Positions 47,803-57,808 of a stretch of DNA of 64,000 bases are shown here, in pieces. The position numbers and the translations under genes are program-made. Position 1 is the stretch's first letter; the number at the start of each line of letters is the position of its first letter. This DNA comes from Candidatus Omnitrophota bacterium (GTDB lineage: Bacteria > Omnitrophota > Omnitrophia > Omnitrophales > Aquincolibacteriaceae). Where the stretch lies: contig JAKLIQ010000011.1 of assembly GCA_022709525.1 (NCBI GenBank), positions 6,040 to 70,039 on the forward strand, given 5' to 3'. The notes beneath the pieces were generated by a model. The model was given only the letters and a program-made list of their open reading frames with translations, was not told the origin of the DNA and searched no databases.

Positions 47803-49104
47803 TTAGCGTTGTGAAGTTTCCACAAGCGTGGTCGCGGGCTCTTGGGGAAGCGGCGCCGCAGCTTCGGATTGGCCCGAAGTGGGGGCCGCTGTCGGCGTCG
47901 GTTCGGGCGGCGGCAAAGGGATTAGATTCATATGGCGGAATTCCAAAACACCTTTTTTTGCTTCTCCGACCCTTGAATTCGTGAAGACGAATACCACTTC
48001 ATTCACCAAAAGAGGTTTTTGCGCGTGAAACTCAAATTCCCAAAGCGCCCAGTTCTTTTCGAAGGTGCGGGGGGCGAAACGGCGGACAACGTTTCCTTTG
48101 GATTTTAATTCGATAAAAAAAGCTTCGGGGGCGGCTTCCTCGGGATTGCGCCGCACCTCAAGAGAAAGTCCTTTGTACTGTGAGATATCGAAATCGCGGG
48201 TCTTGATATAGACGCCGCTGAAAGAACCCGCGGGAAAAACATCGTATTCGGATTCAAGGAACACTTCACCGGAATCCGGATCTTTGTAGAATTCCCTGCC
48301 AGCGTAGCCGATCTTGGGCGTATAAAAGGTGCCGTGATCGAAAACCTTGGTAAAAAAGGACCCCGCGTTTTTGGAAAGATCGATCTGCTCGGCTTCCATC
48401 ATCGCTGATTTCTCGAGAAGCTCGTATGATTCCTTCATAAAACCCCAATCCTCGGGGCTGACCCTTTGCGCGGCTTGAATGGCGCCGCCCACCACCTGGA
48501 CCCCTTCCAGACCGCGGACCCGGACCGGCTTGCGGAAGAACATCATGGGTTTTGAAACATCCGCAAAACCGCGCAAGACGCCCACCTTTCCGTCCTGCCC
48601 CATACCGGCGGCCTGAACCCGAAAAATAGCGCCGTGAATATTGGCGACATAATCCCGGGTCTTGATCTCTAAAACCGCCTTTTTGCCGGCCTGTTTGCGC
48701 TCAAACTGCCGGGTCGTGGCACCCAACAAAACACCCTGATGAAGGCGCAGTTTATAGATTTCTTTGCCCTGGGAGAAACGGGACGCCTCATTGGTTAATT
48801 CCGAGTTTTCTTTCAGGCGGAGACGGATCTCGTTTTCGACTTGAAAGTTGACCATGCCGTCGGCCCCGGTCTTGAGCTTTTGAGAGGTCCCGAAATCTTC
48901 GCCGCGCTTGGGCGCGCGCCACGAACGGCTCTGCAGGTCATAGATCTGAACATCCCCCTCGAAACCAAGAACTTCGAAGGCAAGGGGCGTGGAAGGCTTG
49001 GGAGCAAAATAAGGCCACAGGACAAGGATAGCCGCGATCACAAGAACGATCGTAAGGGGCTTCCAATAGCTAGGCTTCTTGGGTTTTTCGATGCGGAGAT
49101 TCAT
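47803..49104 (-). CDS. FecR-domain-containing membrane-anchored protein (hypothetical)
   Basis: N-terminal TM; central FecR-like beta region; no sigma-factor partner seen. Confidence 0.4.
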   Translation of the reverse strand: MNLRIEKPKKPSYWKPLTIVLVIAAILVLWPYFAPKPSTPLAFEVLGFEGDVQIYDLQSRSWRAPKRGEDFGTSQKLKTGADGMVNFQVENEIRLRLKENSELTNEASRFSQGKEIYKLRLHQGVLLGATTRQFERKQAGKKAVLEIKTRDYVANIHGAIFRVQAAGMGQDGKVGVLRGFADVSKPMMFFRKPVRVRGLEGVQVVGGAIQAAQRVSPEDWGFMKESYELLEKSAMMEAEQIDLSKNAGSFFTKVFDHGTFYTPKIGYAGREFYKDPDSGEVFLESEYDVFPAGSFSGVYIKTRDFDISQYKGLSLEVRRNPEEAAPEAFFIELKSKGNVVRRFAPRTFEKNWALWEFEFHAQKPLLVNEVVFVFTNSRVGEAKKGVLEFRHMNLIPLPPPEPTPTAAPTSGQSEAAAPLPQEPATTLVETSQR

Positions 49105-49162
49105 GGCGGTATTCTACACCCCCCTTTGGGGCTTGTCTATCTTCTGTGCGGTAGTAATTACG

Positions 49163-49237
49163 TGGGCGGTACAGGATTCGAACCTGTGACCCCTACCGTG
49201 TGAAGGTAATGCTCTAAACCAACTGAGCTAACCGCCC
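49163..49237 (-). tRNA. tRNA-Val(CAC)
   Basis: GGGCGGTTAGCTCAGTTGGTTTAGAGCATTACCTTCACACGGTAGGGGTCACAGGTTCGAATCCTGTACCGCCCA. Confidence 0.85.
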
Positions 49238-49266
49238 ACGCAATCACAAAACATCAGCGAAAAAAG

Positions 49267-49821
49267 CTACGCCCGGCCGACGTATTCGCCGGTCTCGGTA
49301 TTCACCTTGATCTCGGTCCCCTCGTCAATAAAAAGAGGGGCATTGACCTTAAGTCCCGTCTCACAGACGATGACTTTGACGGTATTGGAAACGGAATCTC
49401 CGCGGATCCCCGGAGGCGCTTCGGTGACCTTGAGCGTCACTATGGAAGGAAGTTCCGGAAAAACCGGTTTTTCGTCGTGAAAGTCGATCTTGATCTCCAT
49501 ACCCTCTTTTAAATAGTACTTTTTATCGCCCAGGATCTCTTCCGAAAGCGCGAACGAATGATAGCTCTCCATATCCATAAAATGATAACCTTGCGCGTCC
49601 TTATACAGGAACTGGCATTGTTTCGGGTCTAAAGTGATCCTCTCCAGCGGCTCGTCAGGGGAAAACCGGGACTGGATAATGCGGCCGTTCTTGAGGTTTT
49701 TCATGGTGATCTGGAAAAAGGCCCTTAAGTTCCCCGGGGTGCGGTGGGTGGCTTCGGTCACCAGGTGCATTTCATTTTGATAAAGGACAATCGCGCCCTT
49801 TTTAGCGTCTCTCGCTTGCAT
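49267..49821 (-). CDS. efp: Elongation factor P
   Basis: MQARDAKKGAIVLYQNEMHLVTEATHRTPGNLRAFFQITMKNLKNGRI... ; 184 aa. Confidence 0.9.
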   Translation of the reverse strand: MQARDAKKGAIVLYQNEMHLVTEATHRTPGNLRAFFQITMKNLKNGRIIQSRFSPDEPLERITLDPKQCQFLYKDAQGYHFMDMESYHSFALSEEILGDKKYYLKEGMEIKIDFHDEKPVFPELPSIVTLKVTEAPPGIRGDSVSNTVKVIVCETGLKVNAPLFIDEGTEIKVNTETGEYVGRA

Positions 49822-49896
49822 GTTATTTCCTCTCGTGATCAGATCAATATGGGGTTGAAGGAGCGATATTATACATGAAGCGAATTTCCGGGCAAG

Positions 49897-50589
49897 TCAA
49901 AGGATGCTGATGACCGAAAGAATGCGCTCCTGCGTCTGCTGTTCGGCTCGGTAAGAAAAGAATCTCTTGTTTTCGCAAACCGTACAAAAACCCGCGTCAT
50001 CGATCCGGCTTTCCGGCACCCCTCGCTTCATAAGCCGGCTTTTGATCACGCCCACAAGATCCAGATGGCCCTTGGCGGCGTCCCGGGCGTAATAAAACCC
50101 GGGGAAATACCCAAGGAATTCCTTCCCGACCTCATAACAACAGCGGCGGATGGCGGGTCCGATGGCAACCCGAAGATCCTCTGTCTTTGTTCGGTGTTTT
50201 TTCTCAAAAACGTTGAGCGCCTGGCTGATAATGCCGCTTTTAACGCTTTTCCATCCGCCATGAACGATCCCCGCAACGCGGCCAACAGGGTCCCAAAGGA
50301 ACACGGGCACACAATCCGCGGTCCTTATGCCCAGCACGAGACCGCGCGTTTGAGTGATCAGACCATCGGCGGGTGTTTCAAGAAGCGCGGGATCCGCTTT
50401 TTCTGCGGCCACAACGGCTTTGCCATGGACCTGCTTGACCATGACGAGATCCTCAAAACGCAGTCTGAGCCCCTCGAGGAATTCGGCGCGTTTGGAATTG
50501 TCGAACATGCGGGAGTGGAATCCGGCAACAACGCCCTCACCGAAAGATGTGAAGCGGTAAATGCCTTCGGGACCTTCCCGGAGGATCAC
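49897..50589 (-). CDS. pgeF: YfiH/PgeF family (DUF152; purine nucleoside phosphorylase / laccase-domain protein)
   Basis: ...DCVPVFLWDPVGRVAGIVHGGWKS... conserved motifs. Confidence 0.75.
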   Translation of the reverse strand: MILREGPEGIYRFTSFGEGVVAGFHSRMFDNSKRAEFLEGLRLRFEDLVMVKQVHGKAVVAAEKADPALLETPADGLITQTRGLVLGIRTADCVPVFLWDPVGRVAGIVHGGWKSVKSGIISQALNVFEKKHRTKTEDLRVAIGPAIRRCCYEVGKEFLGYFPGFYYARDAAKGHLDLVGVIKSRLMKRGVPESRIDDAGFCTVCENKRFFSYRAEQQTQERILSVISIL

Positions 50590-52751
50590 GGCTTGGGGTC
50601 CGAAGCGGCCTCTTGCGGCGCCCCTTCAAAGAACTTTTCGGCGGTCAGAAGCTTTTCGGCTTTTTGTATTTCGGGATTTTTATGAAAACGATTCCGAATG
50701 GCGCCCCGGTTCAGATAATTATTGATCGCGACAAGGATCATCCCCTGATCCAAAGCATAATATTTCCGGGCCACGCGCCCCGTCGCGACTTCCACGGCAT
50801 CATAAAAACCGTATTCTCCGTAAATATCGTAAAGCTCTTTGAGCTTCCGGAGATTTGAAACCGCTTCTTTGGGCGCGTATTCCAAAGCGATCGCCGAAGC
50901 ATGGGGCGTCACCACTCCGCTTTTATAACCTTTGATCCCCATCGGTTTAGCGCCATATTCGGAATAAGTTCCTCCGGGAACAGCGCACGGGCTCATGCCC
51001 CAGACCGGCATTTTCAGATCTTCTAAGGCATAACGGATCTGGCCCTGTGCGTGCGCCTCGTTGTTGCCGCCCAATCCCCCCGGCGCGAGTTCTTTTTCTT
51101 TTAGCACTACCGAGGGCATAAGCGCCTCAAAAGACGACCCACCCCAACTCGGAACATATTTCAGCCCGTTCCATTCGTAATAACCGCCTTTGTAGACATG
51201 CCCCAACACGGTTTTCTCGACGCGCCCTTTAGGCGTTTGCGATTGCCACTTATAATTTTCCGGAAAGGTCCGGACCGGCCCTAAGAACCAGTGCTCTTCC
51301 GGCACATCCCCGCGGGCAATGGCAAGGTAAGACCCTGCCCGGGGTTCGGCGTAAAAAACGCCATAACGGTAATCGGTATAGACGCCGAGATTGTCATAAA
51401 ACCCGTGATACATCTGCTTTTCCACGGGATCGTAGAAAAAGTTGAAGTTTCCGCGCTTGATGAACTCGGCGGCCGGACCGGACAATTCCTCGGGAAAAGC
51501 GTTCTTGGCGACGTAAAGCCCCAGCATCAGCCAGCCGCTATCCACGAATGAAACAAAGTAGCTCGTCGGATCGAGCAGGGTCGTGTCATAGTAATTGTAG
51601 GGAAAACCGCTTGAATGGAACTTCATTTTTTTCATCACCTCAAGCGTGGCCTTGATCCGGCTGACCGCGTCTTCCCGGGTAATGAAACCGAGATCGTAAG
51701 CGCTCACGACCGACATGAAATAGATCCCGATATTGGTCACATTCGTGTAATCGCCGATCCAGGCGCCCTTCCCGAGCGGCTCTTCTTCGCCCAGCTGGAC
51801 ATTATCGAGCGGCAGGTGGTTTTCCGCATCGATCATCAGATCAAAATATTTCCACGTGTCGCGGGCGATCTCCGTAAGAAAAGCGCGTTCCTCAGCCGGA
51901 GATTCTTTTTTAACGGTCACGACCGAAGGAAAGCCGCGCAACCTTGCCGCTAAGAATTTTTGATATTCCGGACTTTCGAAATGCAGGCTTGTTTTTTCTC
52001 CGGAGCGATGGGGTTGATCCACCGCGCTCGGGCCGGGGGCTCCCGTTTTTACGAACCGGATATTATCCAGATAAATGCGTCCGGTTTTTTGGGTAACGAA
52101 TTTATCGTTAAAAATGATGATCAGCTCATCGAGCGAATCGTAGCTTCGGAGCGGATTTTTCCAGCATTCGGGGTTGGCAAAATCGATCAGGCCGGTCATC
52201 TTGTTGAGAGGGATGCTGACCGTGCTCCATTCCCCCGTCACGGGGACCACCGCGGAACCCTGGATCGTTTCGAGGCATTGCGGCGCATCAAGGCACTTCT
52301 TAAGTTCGAGACGGAATTTTTCTGTGAACCCCTCCTCCGGATCGCCTTTGATCTCAAATTCCAGATGGTCGTATTGGCTCCCATCAAGATCCTTCAGTTT
52401 GGTCCAGAAGCCATTCTGCGCCGGAACATCAGAATCCACGCTGTAGGTAAGCCGCAAAACGCTTGATGCGTTCCCATCCTTCCCCGGCATTTTCACGATC
52501 TTGAGATCGGTGTAAGAGTTATTCGCGTCCGCCGGATTCAGGTTCCAATCGCCGGTCTCCCCTCCGAGATTATTAAGGATCTTGGGGTCTTCCGCCTCAA
52601 AATCAGCGACCATGGCGACTTTGGGAAGATCCGGAGACACCGTCTGCGTCTTGACGTTTTCGATCTTTTCCGGCTCCCGGGGAATATCCGCGGAACAGCC
52701 CGCATGAAAAACCGACAAAAAAATCCCTAAAAATAAGAATATTTTTTTCAT
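50586..52751 (-). CDS. Large lipoprotein, putative carbohydrate-active (six-hairpin glycosidase / DUF3131-like) enzyme
   Basis: Lipobox LSVFHAGCS. The C-terminal ~450 aa has Trp/Tyr-rich segments reminiscent of glucoamylase-like folds. The family call is tentative. Confidence 0.35.
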   Translation of the reverse strand: MKKIFLFLGIFLSVFHAGCSADIPREPEKIENVKTQTVSPDLPKVAMVADFEAEDPKILNNLGGETGDWNLNPADANNSYTDLKIVKMPGKDGNASSVLRLTYSVDSDVPAQNGFWTKLKDLDGSQYDHLEFEIKGDPEEGFTEKFRLELKKCLDAPQCLETIQGSAVVPVTGEWSTVSIPLNKMTGLIDFANPECWKNPLRSYDSLDELIIIFNDKFVTQKTGRIYLDNIRFVKTGAPGPSAVDQPHRSGEKTSLHFESPEYQKFLAARLRGFPSVVTVKKESPAEERAFLTEIARDTWKYFDLMIDAENHLPLDNVQLGEEEPLGKGAWIGDYTNVTNIGIYFMSVVSAYDLGFITREDAVSRIKATLEVMKKMKFHSSGFPYNYYDTTLLDPTSYFVSFVDSGWLMLGLYVAKNAFPEELSGPAAEFIKRGNFNFFYDPVEKQMYHGFYDNLGVYTDYRYGVFYAEPRAGSYLAIARGDVPEEHWFLGPVRTFPENYKWQSQTPKGRVEKTVLGHVYKGGYYEWNGLKYVPSWGGSSFEALMPSVVLKEKELAPGGLGGNNEAHAQGQIRYALEDLKMPVWGMSPCAVPGGTYSEYGAKPMGIKGYKSGVVTPHASAIALEYAPKEAVSNLRKLKELYDIYGEYGFYDAVEVATGRVARKYYALDQGMILVAINNYLNRGAIRNRFHKNPEIQKAEKLLTAEKFFEGAPQEAASDPKP

Positions 52752-53782
52752 AGATAGGCCTTTAATTTGCTCCAGGTGTTCGGCCCCACGATCCCGTCGA
52801 CCGTAAGACCTTTTGCTTTTTGAAAATTCCGGACCGCGGCTTTGGTCCGCTTGCCGTAAAATCCCGTAGGACCTCCCTTAAAATAACCCGCGCGGCCCAG
52901 CGCCTTTTGGATCTTGATCGTTTCTTTGCGCGAAGGCATCTTGGGAGCCGCCGCGATGGGCTTCGGCATCTTTCCCGAAGGGATCGAGGCGATCCGCCTA
53001 AGATCGGACCAAAGATACTGACGGCTTTTACTCCCCATCAGGCCCACAAAGATCGTTTTGCCGCCGGATTGCACGCGGCCCGCGAAACAATGGCGCGCGG
53101 CGCGGGTCCACCCGGTCTTGCCGATCACGCCGGCGGTGCGCCACAACATCTTATTGCAGTTGCTCAAGGGGATCCGCCTTCCCCCGCGGCTGTAGATGAC
53201 CGTTTCTCTTGTCTGAAGCGTGCTGACGATAAAAGGATAACGCGAAGCGGCCACCATGATCTTTGCGAGATCATACGCCGTGGAATATTGACCCGAGGCC
53301 GGAAGTCCGGACGCGTTCACGAAACGTGAATTTTTCCCGCCGATCGCGCGGACTTTCTGGTTCATGAGTTTCGCAAAAGCCGGCCGTGAACCCGCCACAA
53401 TGATCGCCAGCGCTTCCGCCGCGTCGTTGGCGGACTTGATGAGCGCCGCCCTGACGAGGTCCCGGACATAGAACCGCTCGCCTGTTTGCAAACCGATCTT
53501 CGACGGCTGAATGCGGTGCATGCCCGGAGGGATCCGCACTTCTTTATCCAGCGAAAGATGATCCAAAACCACGATGGCAGTCAACAGCTTGGTTGTGCTC
53601 GCCGGCGCCCGCTTGGCATGAGGCGAGCGGGCGTAAAGGACTTGCTGGGTATAGCCGTCCAGCAGGACCGCTGAAGGCGCGACGAGCGTGATCGTTCCCG
53701 CCTGCGCAATGCCCGCGGGAAAAAGCATCGAAACGGAAACAAGGCATGAGATGAAGCAATTCAGGATCTTTTTTTTCATCAT
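52748..53782 (-). CDS. D-alanyl-D-alanine carboxypeptidase (S11 serine peptidase) with C-terminal peptidoglycan-binding domain
   Basis: S-x-x-K (STTK), SxN (SAND) and KTG (KTGWT) motifs. C-terminal PG_binding_1-like LGRAGYFKGGPTGFYGKRTKAAVRNFQKAKGLTVDGIVGPNTW. Confidence 0.8.
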   Translation of the reverse strand: MMKKKILNCFISCLVSVSMLFPAGIAQAGTITLVAPSAVLLDGYTQQVLYARSPHAKRAPASTTKLLTAIVVLDHLSLDKEVRIPPGMHRIQPSKIGLQTGERFYVRDLVRAALIKSANDAAEALAIIVAGSRPAFAKLMNQKVRAIGGKNSRFVNASGLPASGQYSTAYDLAKIMVAASRYPFIVSTLQTRETVIYSRGGRRIPLSNCNKMLWRTAGVIGKTGWTRAARHCFAGRVQSGGKTIFVGLMGSKSRQYLWSDLRRIASIPSGKMPKPIAAAPKMPSRKETIKIQKALGRAGYFKGGPTGFYGKRTKAAVRNFQKAKGLTVDGIVGPNTWSKLKAYL

Positions 53783-53945
53783 CTTTTATGAAAACTCAGA
53801 CCTCGAGATTATCGACCCTTTTTCCGTCTTCAAGAGGGTTTCAAAATGACTCCCTGAAAAAAACGACCCCGGCGTGATTCTCCGCCAGAGAACGGATCCG
53901 CTCGCGCTGTGCGGCGGAGAACACGAATCTTAAAAGCAAGCTTCA

Positions 53946-53990
53946 AAAGGTCGACCCCGGGCAGATTCGAACTGCCGACCCCCTGCTTAG
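53946..53990 (-). other. tRNA-like T-arm plus 3'-acceptor fragment (GGCAG-TTCGAAT-CTGCC-CGGGGTC-G) without a foldable 5' half; candidate att boundary of an integrated element
   Basis: Canonical T-loop TTCGAAT with a 5-bp stem. Upstream sequence cannot form D or anticodon arms or pair with the acceptor strand. Lies 40 bp from the integrase gene. Confidence 0.4.
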
Positions 53991-54033
53991 AAGGTAAATG
54001 CTCTGTCACTCTATCTCGAGGCGCTGTAATAAG

Positions 54034-55278
54034 TTACAATTTCACTAATTTCTTTGGTGTCCAAAAAGTGTCCATCCTAGAGGGAAATCGGCGGCATTTG
54101 ACGGGTAATTCCCGGTATTTGATCCCCCAAACCGTCTCAGGCTCCTTAACCATAAATCTGCCCTTCCCCCCGCCCATGTCTTCCCTGGACTCGGGCATAA
54201 CATCAGATAAATAAACATCCAGTTTCCTGACAGCGGCTAAAAGATGGTCCTGTTGCAGGTGCGTATAGCGGGCAGTAATGGAATACATACCGCCCTTTGT
54301 TTTGTGCCCAAGCAACACCGCGATCGTATAAAGATCCACCCCAAGATGCGCCAAATAACTTGCAAATGTATGCCGTAGATCATGGAAATGCAAGTCATTT
54401 ATCCCCGCGCGGCGAAGCGCCGTCGCGAATGCCTTCCGGGGATTGTAGGAAAAATCAAACGGACCCTTCAGAATCGATTTTACCGTTTCATTGATCGGGA
54501 CATACCGCACTTCCCCGTTCTTGGTCTCGGGAAGGAAAACATAATTCATATCAAGTTTCACGTTCTCGGGGGTCATGCCCTGCATTTCCCCTTTCCTCAT
54601 GCCCGTATTAACGGCGACAAAAATATAATTGCGGAGATCCAAACTGCTCACCTGAAGGAGCTTGATCAATTCTCCTTTGGTTAAAAAACAGCTCCTTGGC
54701 ACCTCTCTAAGGCGTTTGAATCTCGCGGCGGGATTCGGGCCGGCGAATAACGGCGTTTTTTTATTTTCGGGGTTCCGCCATTCATGGATCGCTTTATTGA
54801 ACACCGCGCGCATACAGGAAAGTTCGTGATTGATCGTGGCGGGCTTCGGCCTCATTTCGATCTTCAGTTTTTTTGACACTCTCACGTCTTTTAGACGTTT
54901 CTGTTTATAGGCCTCGACATCCTCGGAGCTGATCTCACTAACCGGCATATCTCCAAAATAATCCGTAAGATGCTTCAACCAGATGGCATCCGTTTTCTCC
55001 CATGATTTTTTACCTGCCAGCTCGCAATGACCGAGATATTTTTCCCCGAGCTCACGGAAAGTCAGATGGCAATCCTTCCGGATATCAAAATACTTGTTTT
55101 CCTTGATCTGAATCTTGCGTTTGCTTAAGAGATCCTCCGCCATCGCCTTATTGGGAGCAGTCTCACGGCGGCGACGGCCGTTAACATAATAATCCACATA
55201 CCAGGTCCCCGCCTTACACTTGGCGCGACCCTCCCGGCACCAGTCACAGGCCCCGCATTTTTTTTGAAAAACGCCCAT
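54034..55278 (-). CDS. int: Tyrosine-type site-specific recombinase / phage integrase
   Basis: HDLRHTFASYLAHLGVDLYTIAVLLGH ... RYTHL (R..H-x-x-R..Y catalytic signature); Cys-rich N-terminus. Confidence 0.85.
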   Translation of the reverse strand: MGVFQKKCGACDWCREGRAKCKAGTWYVDYYVNGRRRRETAPNKAMAEDLLSKRKIQIKENKYFDIRKDCHLTFRELGEKYLGHCELAGKKSWEKTDAIWLKHLTDYFGDMPVSEISSEDVEAYKQKRLKDVRVSKKLKIEMRPKPATINHELSCMRAVFNKAIHEWRNPENKKTPLFAGPNPAARFKRLREVPRSCFLTKGELIKLLQVSSLDLRNYIFVAVNTGMRKGEMQGMTPENVKLDMNYVFLPETKNGEVRYVPINETVKSILKGPFDFSYNPRKAFATALRRAGINDLHFHDLRHTFASYLAHLGVDLYTIAVLLGHKTKGGMYSITARYTHLQQDHLLAAVRKLDVYLSDVMPESREDMGGGKGRFMVKEPETVWGIKYRELPVKCRRFPSRMDTFWTPKKLVKL

Positions 55279-55279
55279 T

Positions 55280-55465
55280 TCAGCCTCTCCCCGTTCTCTT
55301 CTTAAGCTCCCTGAGATCCTCTTCAGTCCAGTAACGATAATTACTCATAGGATCACGCTTCGGCAAAGGGATCTTTCCCGCACGCTCCCAGTTGTAATAG
55401 GAGCTCCGCGGTATCCCGAGCATTTTGACGACTTCATCAAGATAGTAGCGTTTATTTTTTTCCAT
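55280..55465 (-). CDS. AlpA/excisionase-like small HTH protein
   Basis: YYLDEVVKMLGIPRSSYYNWERAGKIP is an AlpA-type HTH. The start codon abuts the integrase gene. Confidence 0.6.
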   Translation of the reverse strand: MEKNKRYYLDEVVKMLGIPRSSYYNWERAGKIPLPKRDPMSNYRYWTEEDLRELKKRTGRG

Positions 55466-55511
55466 ATCGCTCCAGGAGTCCGCTGTAGATTATCAACATT
55501 ATTAAACCTTG

Positions 55512-55730
55512 TCAATCCTTAATTAACCTGACTTTTTTGCTTTCCACCCATTGCGAGATATCCAGAGGATCAAATTTTACCAAGCGTCCCACTTTGACAT
55601 AGGGTATTTGCCGGGCATGAACCCAGCAATACACGGTCTTAACCTTAACCCCAAGACGCTGCGATAACTCGCTTACATTCAGCAACTTCCCCGAAACTTC
55701 ACACCTTGAAATACCGTCTTGCTTATTCAT
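55512..55730 (-). CDS. Excisionase/MerR-like HTH DNA-binding protein
   Basis: LNVSELSQRLGVKVKTVYCWVHARQIPYVKVGRLVKF is an Xis/AlpA-family HTH. Confidence 0.6.
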   Translation of the reverse strand: MNKQDGISRCEVSGKLLNVSELSQRLGVKVKTVYCWVHARQIPYVKVGRLVKFDPLDISQWVESKKVRLIKD

Positions 55731-56118
55731 TTCATGGATAACTCCCTTCTATATAGCAGATAGTCCCTCATGGGACATTGAGTTAAGAAGGGACCGTTCA
55801 ACATTTGCGAACGTTTTTATACTAGAAATAAATTCTTACGAACATCATCCGGAGCCCCTTGGGAGATCCGTTTGGCGCGCAAGCGTTCATAGTGGCCAGT
55901 CGCCCGACAGGAGAGAGCCTATCGGGGATTAAAGGACTATACGGAAACAATTCGCATTTCACACATATTGCGACATAATTGAAATCGGAGCTGTGGCTTA
56001 AGGGGATTCCCTTTCAAATAGATGCTCTCTTCTTTGATTCAGAAGCTGAAAGGACAGCAATCCTTTAAAAGTCAGGGGCGGGTTAAGAACGAATCGATGC
56101 TTCACGTTCGTACGCGGA

Positions 56119-56322
56119 TTATTTTCGATTAAGCGCCGCCGAATAATCACTTCCGGAAATCCACAAAGTGATGTAACCTTCACGAGCAAGCCAACCCAGA
56201 CTCATCATCACGAGTTCGCGAGGGCGCTTCAATTCTTTGGTAAGTTCATCCGCAGTAACGCTTTTCTTACCATCCAGAAACTGCCAAATCTCCCCAGCGA
56301 CAATTCCGATTTCCGTGATCAT
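56119..56322 (-). CDS. Small hypothetical protein, possible winged-helix fold
   Basis: 67 aa; the last gene of a three-gene same-strand operon. Confidence 0.35.
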   Translation of the reverse strand: MITEIGIVAGEIWQFLDGKKSVTADELTKELKRPRELVMMSLGWLAREGYITLWISGSDYSAALNRK

Positions 56323-56420
56323 GAGGAACTCCTACCTGAGACCGAATTCACAACAACACGGACCGCATAGCAAGAAGCGCCTATCAAAGCAGGCTAACCG
56401 TGGCCGCGTTTCGGATTGAA

Positions 56421-56588
56421 TCGTCTATTTCTTGACCAATCTTTCGGCTTCGAGCCAGATCTCCAGATCTTGCCCCTGAACGCGGCCCTTTTTCTCCCAA
56501 AGCTCCTTAGCCTTTTCTCTGATTCGTTCGGTCAGTTCCGCTTCAGTCATTTTTCCTTTTTTAACACCTGAAACCCTTGCCATGTTTT
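56421..56588 (-). CDS. DUF2934-like small protein (55 aa; below the ORF-track size cut-off)
   Basis: Translated by hand: MARVSGVKKGKMTEAELTERIREKAKELWEKKGRVQGQDLEIWLEAERLVKK. The W-EKKGR..G.DL..WLEAE pattern matches the DUF2934 family as remembered. Confidence 0.5.
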
Positions 56589-56660
56589 ACTTCTCCTATG
56601 TTAGATGTTGATAAAGCGTTCAATATTCTTTGTTTTGATTCAGCGTTCTTTTTCCAATAG

Positions 56661-57704
56661 CTACAAGCGCTTTCCTGTTTTGCGGATGGGCGCAGGTCTT
56701 TCTGTGCTGCGGTTCACGATCGGCGTGATCACTCTCTCTTCGATGCCATCCGAAGATTCGGCGTGGCAATCGAAGATGAATTTCCCATCCGGAAGCGCAT
56801 ATCGGAGCGTGAATGTCCCATCCGGGCGGAGCTTTACGGGCCGGCCCTGGATGGTTACGGTCGCGTCCGGTTCCGTGCCGCCGTAAATGATGAGTTCACA
56901 TTCAAGCCAAAAGAAGAATCCTCGCTTTTTGATCTTGACCGGACTTGCCAAACTGGAAACCGCTCCGACACCCGAACCTGAAGTAATGGCGCCTTTCATC
57001 CGCTCTTCCATGAGCATGCGGAGTTCAGCAGAACTTTTGCCGACCTGAAAACCCCCGGAAAGCGCATACATCTTGTCAAAATCAATGCCCATCCATTGTT
57101 CGTCAAGAACCTCGGACATCCCGGCCCGCGGCGTTGTGATGCTATTGGAACGGGCAAGGCGCGCAAAACGGCCGTCCCGGTGAAGCAGGCCAATCTCAAC
57201 AAAGTAGCTCCGGTTAGGTTGGGTATTGATATACCAGCTTGTGGCCATGTTCTGGAGAACAATGTCAAAATAAGGAGGATTATTCGTGCCATTGGTAATA
57301 TCAAAAACCCGAAGGACCGAAACTACACCATCCCAGTTCCCGCCAATTTTCGCAAGGACCTTCTTTTGATGATCTTTCTGGATCTCCCAGTATGAATAGA
57401 TCCAGTAAGGATCGCGCACTAATAAGTAAATCTGATTGTCACCGTAGTTGTCCGGAAGTTCCTGAAGTCGCTGTGAGATTTCTACTTTCGGACTTGATTG
57501 TGTGACCTGATCAGGAGACACAGCAGAGGCGCTGTCTTTGTTCTTCTTTTCGGCAGGTCGGGCAGACGATGTTATTTTTTCTTGCGCGCGGGCCGCTGCG
57601 CGCATCGCAAGTGCACGTCTTTTGTTTGTAACTGTTTCTTCCGGGCCATTCTTCTTGCCAGGTCGCTCTTGGGATTTCTTTTTCCGGCCTTGGAACAAAC
57701 CCAT
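56661..57704 (-). CDS. DUF4912-like protein with a basic low-complexity N-terminus
   Basis: ...LPDNYGDNQIYLLVRDPYWIYSYWEI... resembles the DUF4912 family N-terminal signature as remembered. The rest has no recognisable catalytic motifs. Confidence 0.45.
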   Translation of the reverse strand: MGLFQGRKKKSQERPGKKNGPEETVTNKRRALAMRAAARAQEKITSSARPAEKKNKDSASAVSPDQVTQSSPKVEISQRLQELPDNYGDNQIYLLVRDPYWIYSYWEIQKDHQKKVLAKIGGNWDGVVSVLRVFDITNGTNNPPYFDIVLQNMATSWYINTQPNRSYFVEIGLLHRDGRFARLARSNSITTPRAGMSEVLDEQWMGIDFDKMYALSGGFQVGKSSAELRMLMEERMKGAITSGSGVGAVSSLASPVKIKKRGFFFWLECELIIYGGTEPDATVTIQGRPVKLRPDGTFTLRYALPDGKFIFDCHAESSDGIEERVITPIVNRSTERPAPIRKTGKRL

Positions 57705-57794
57705 TTTACTTCACCTCATCAGGTCAAATTCACAGGTTGTTATACTTAACAAGCATTATAGTATCTTAGCCTTTTATTTCTGAGTAAAAAGTAT

Positions 57795-57808
57795 GCGATA
57801 ATTATCGC
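57795..57808. promoter_or_regulatory. Perfect 14-bp palindrome GCGATAATTATCGC in the AT-rich leader of the DUF4912 operon; candidate operator
   Basis: Seen directly in sequence about 90 bp upstream of the operon start codon. Confidence 0.4.

Noticed and set aside
53946-54030. Complete tRNA gene next to the integrase
   Set aside because: Only a canonical T-arm and a 3' acceptor-like strand can be folded. No D-arm or anticodon arm forms and no complementary 5' acceptor strand exists, so it is reported as a fragment or att candidate instead.
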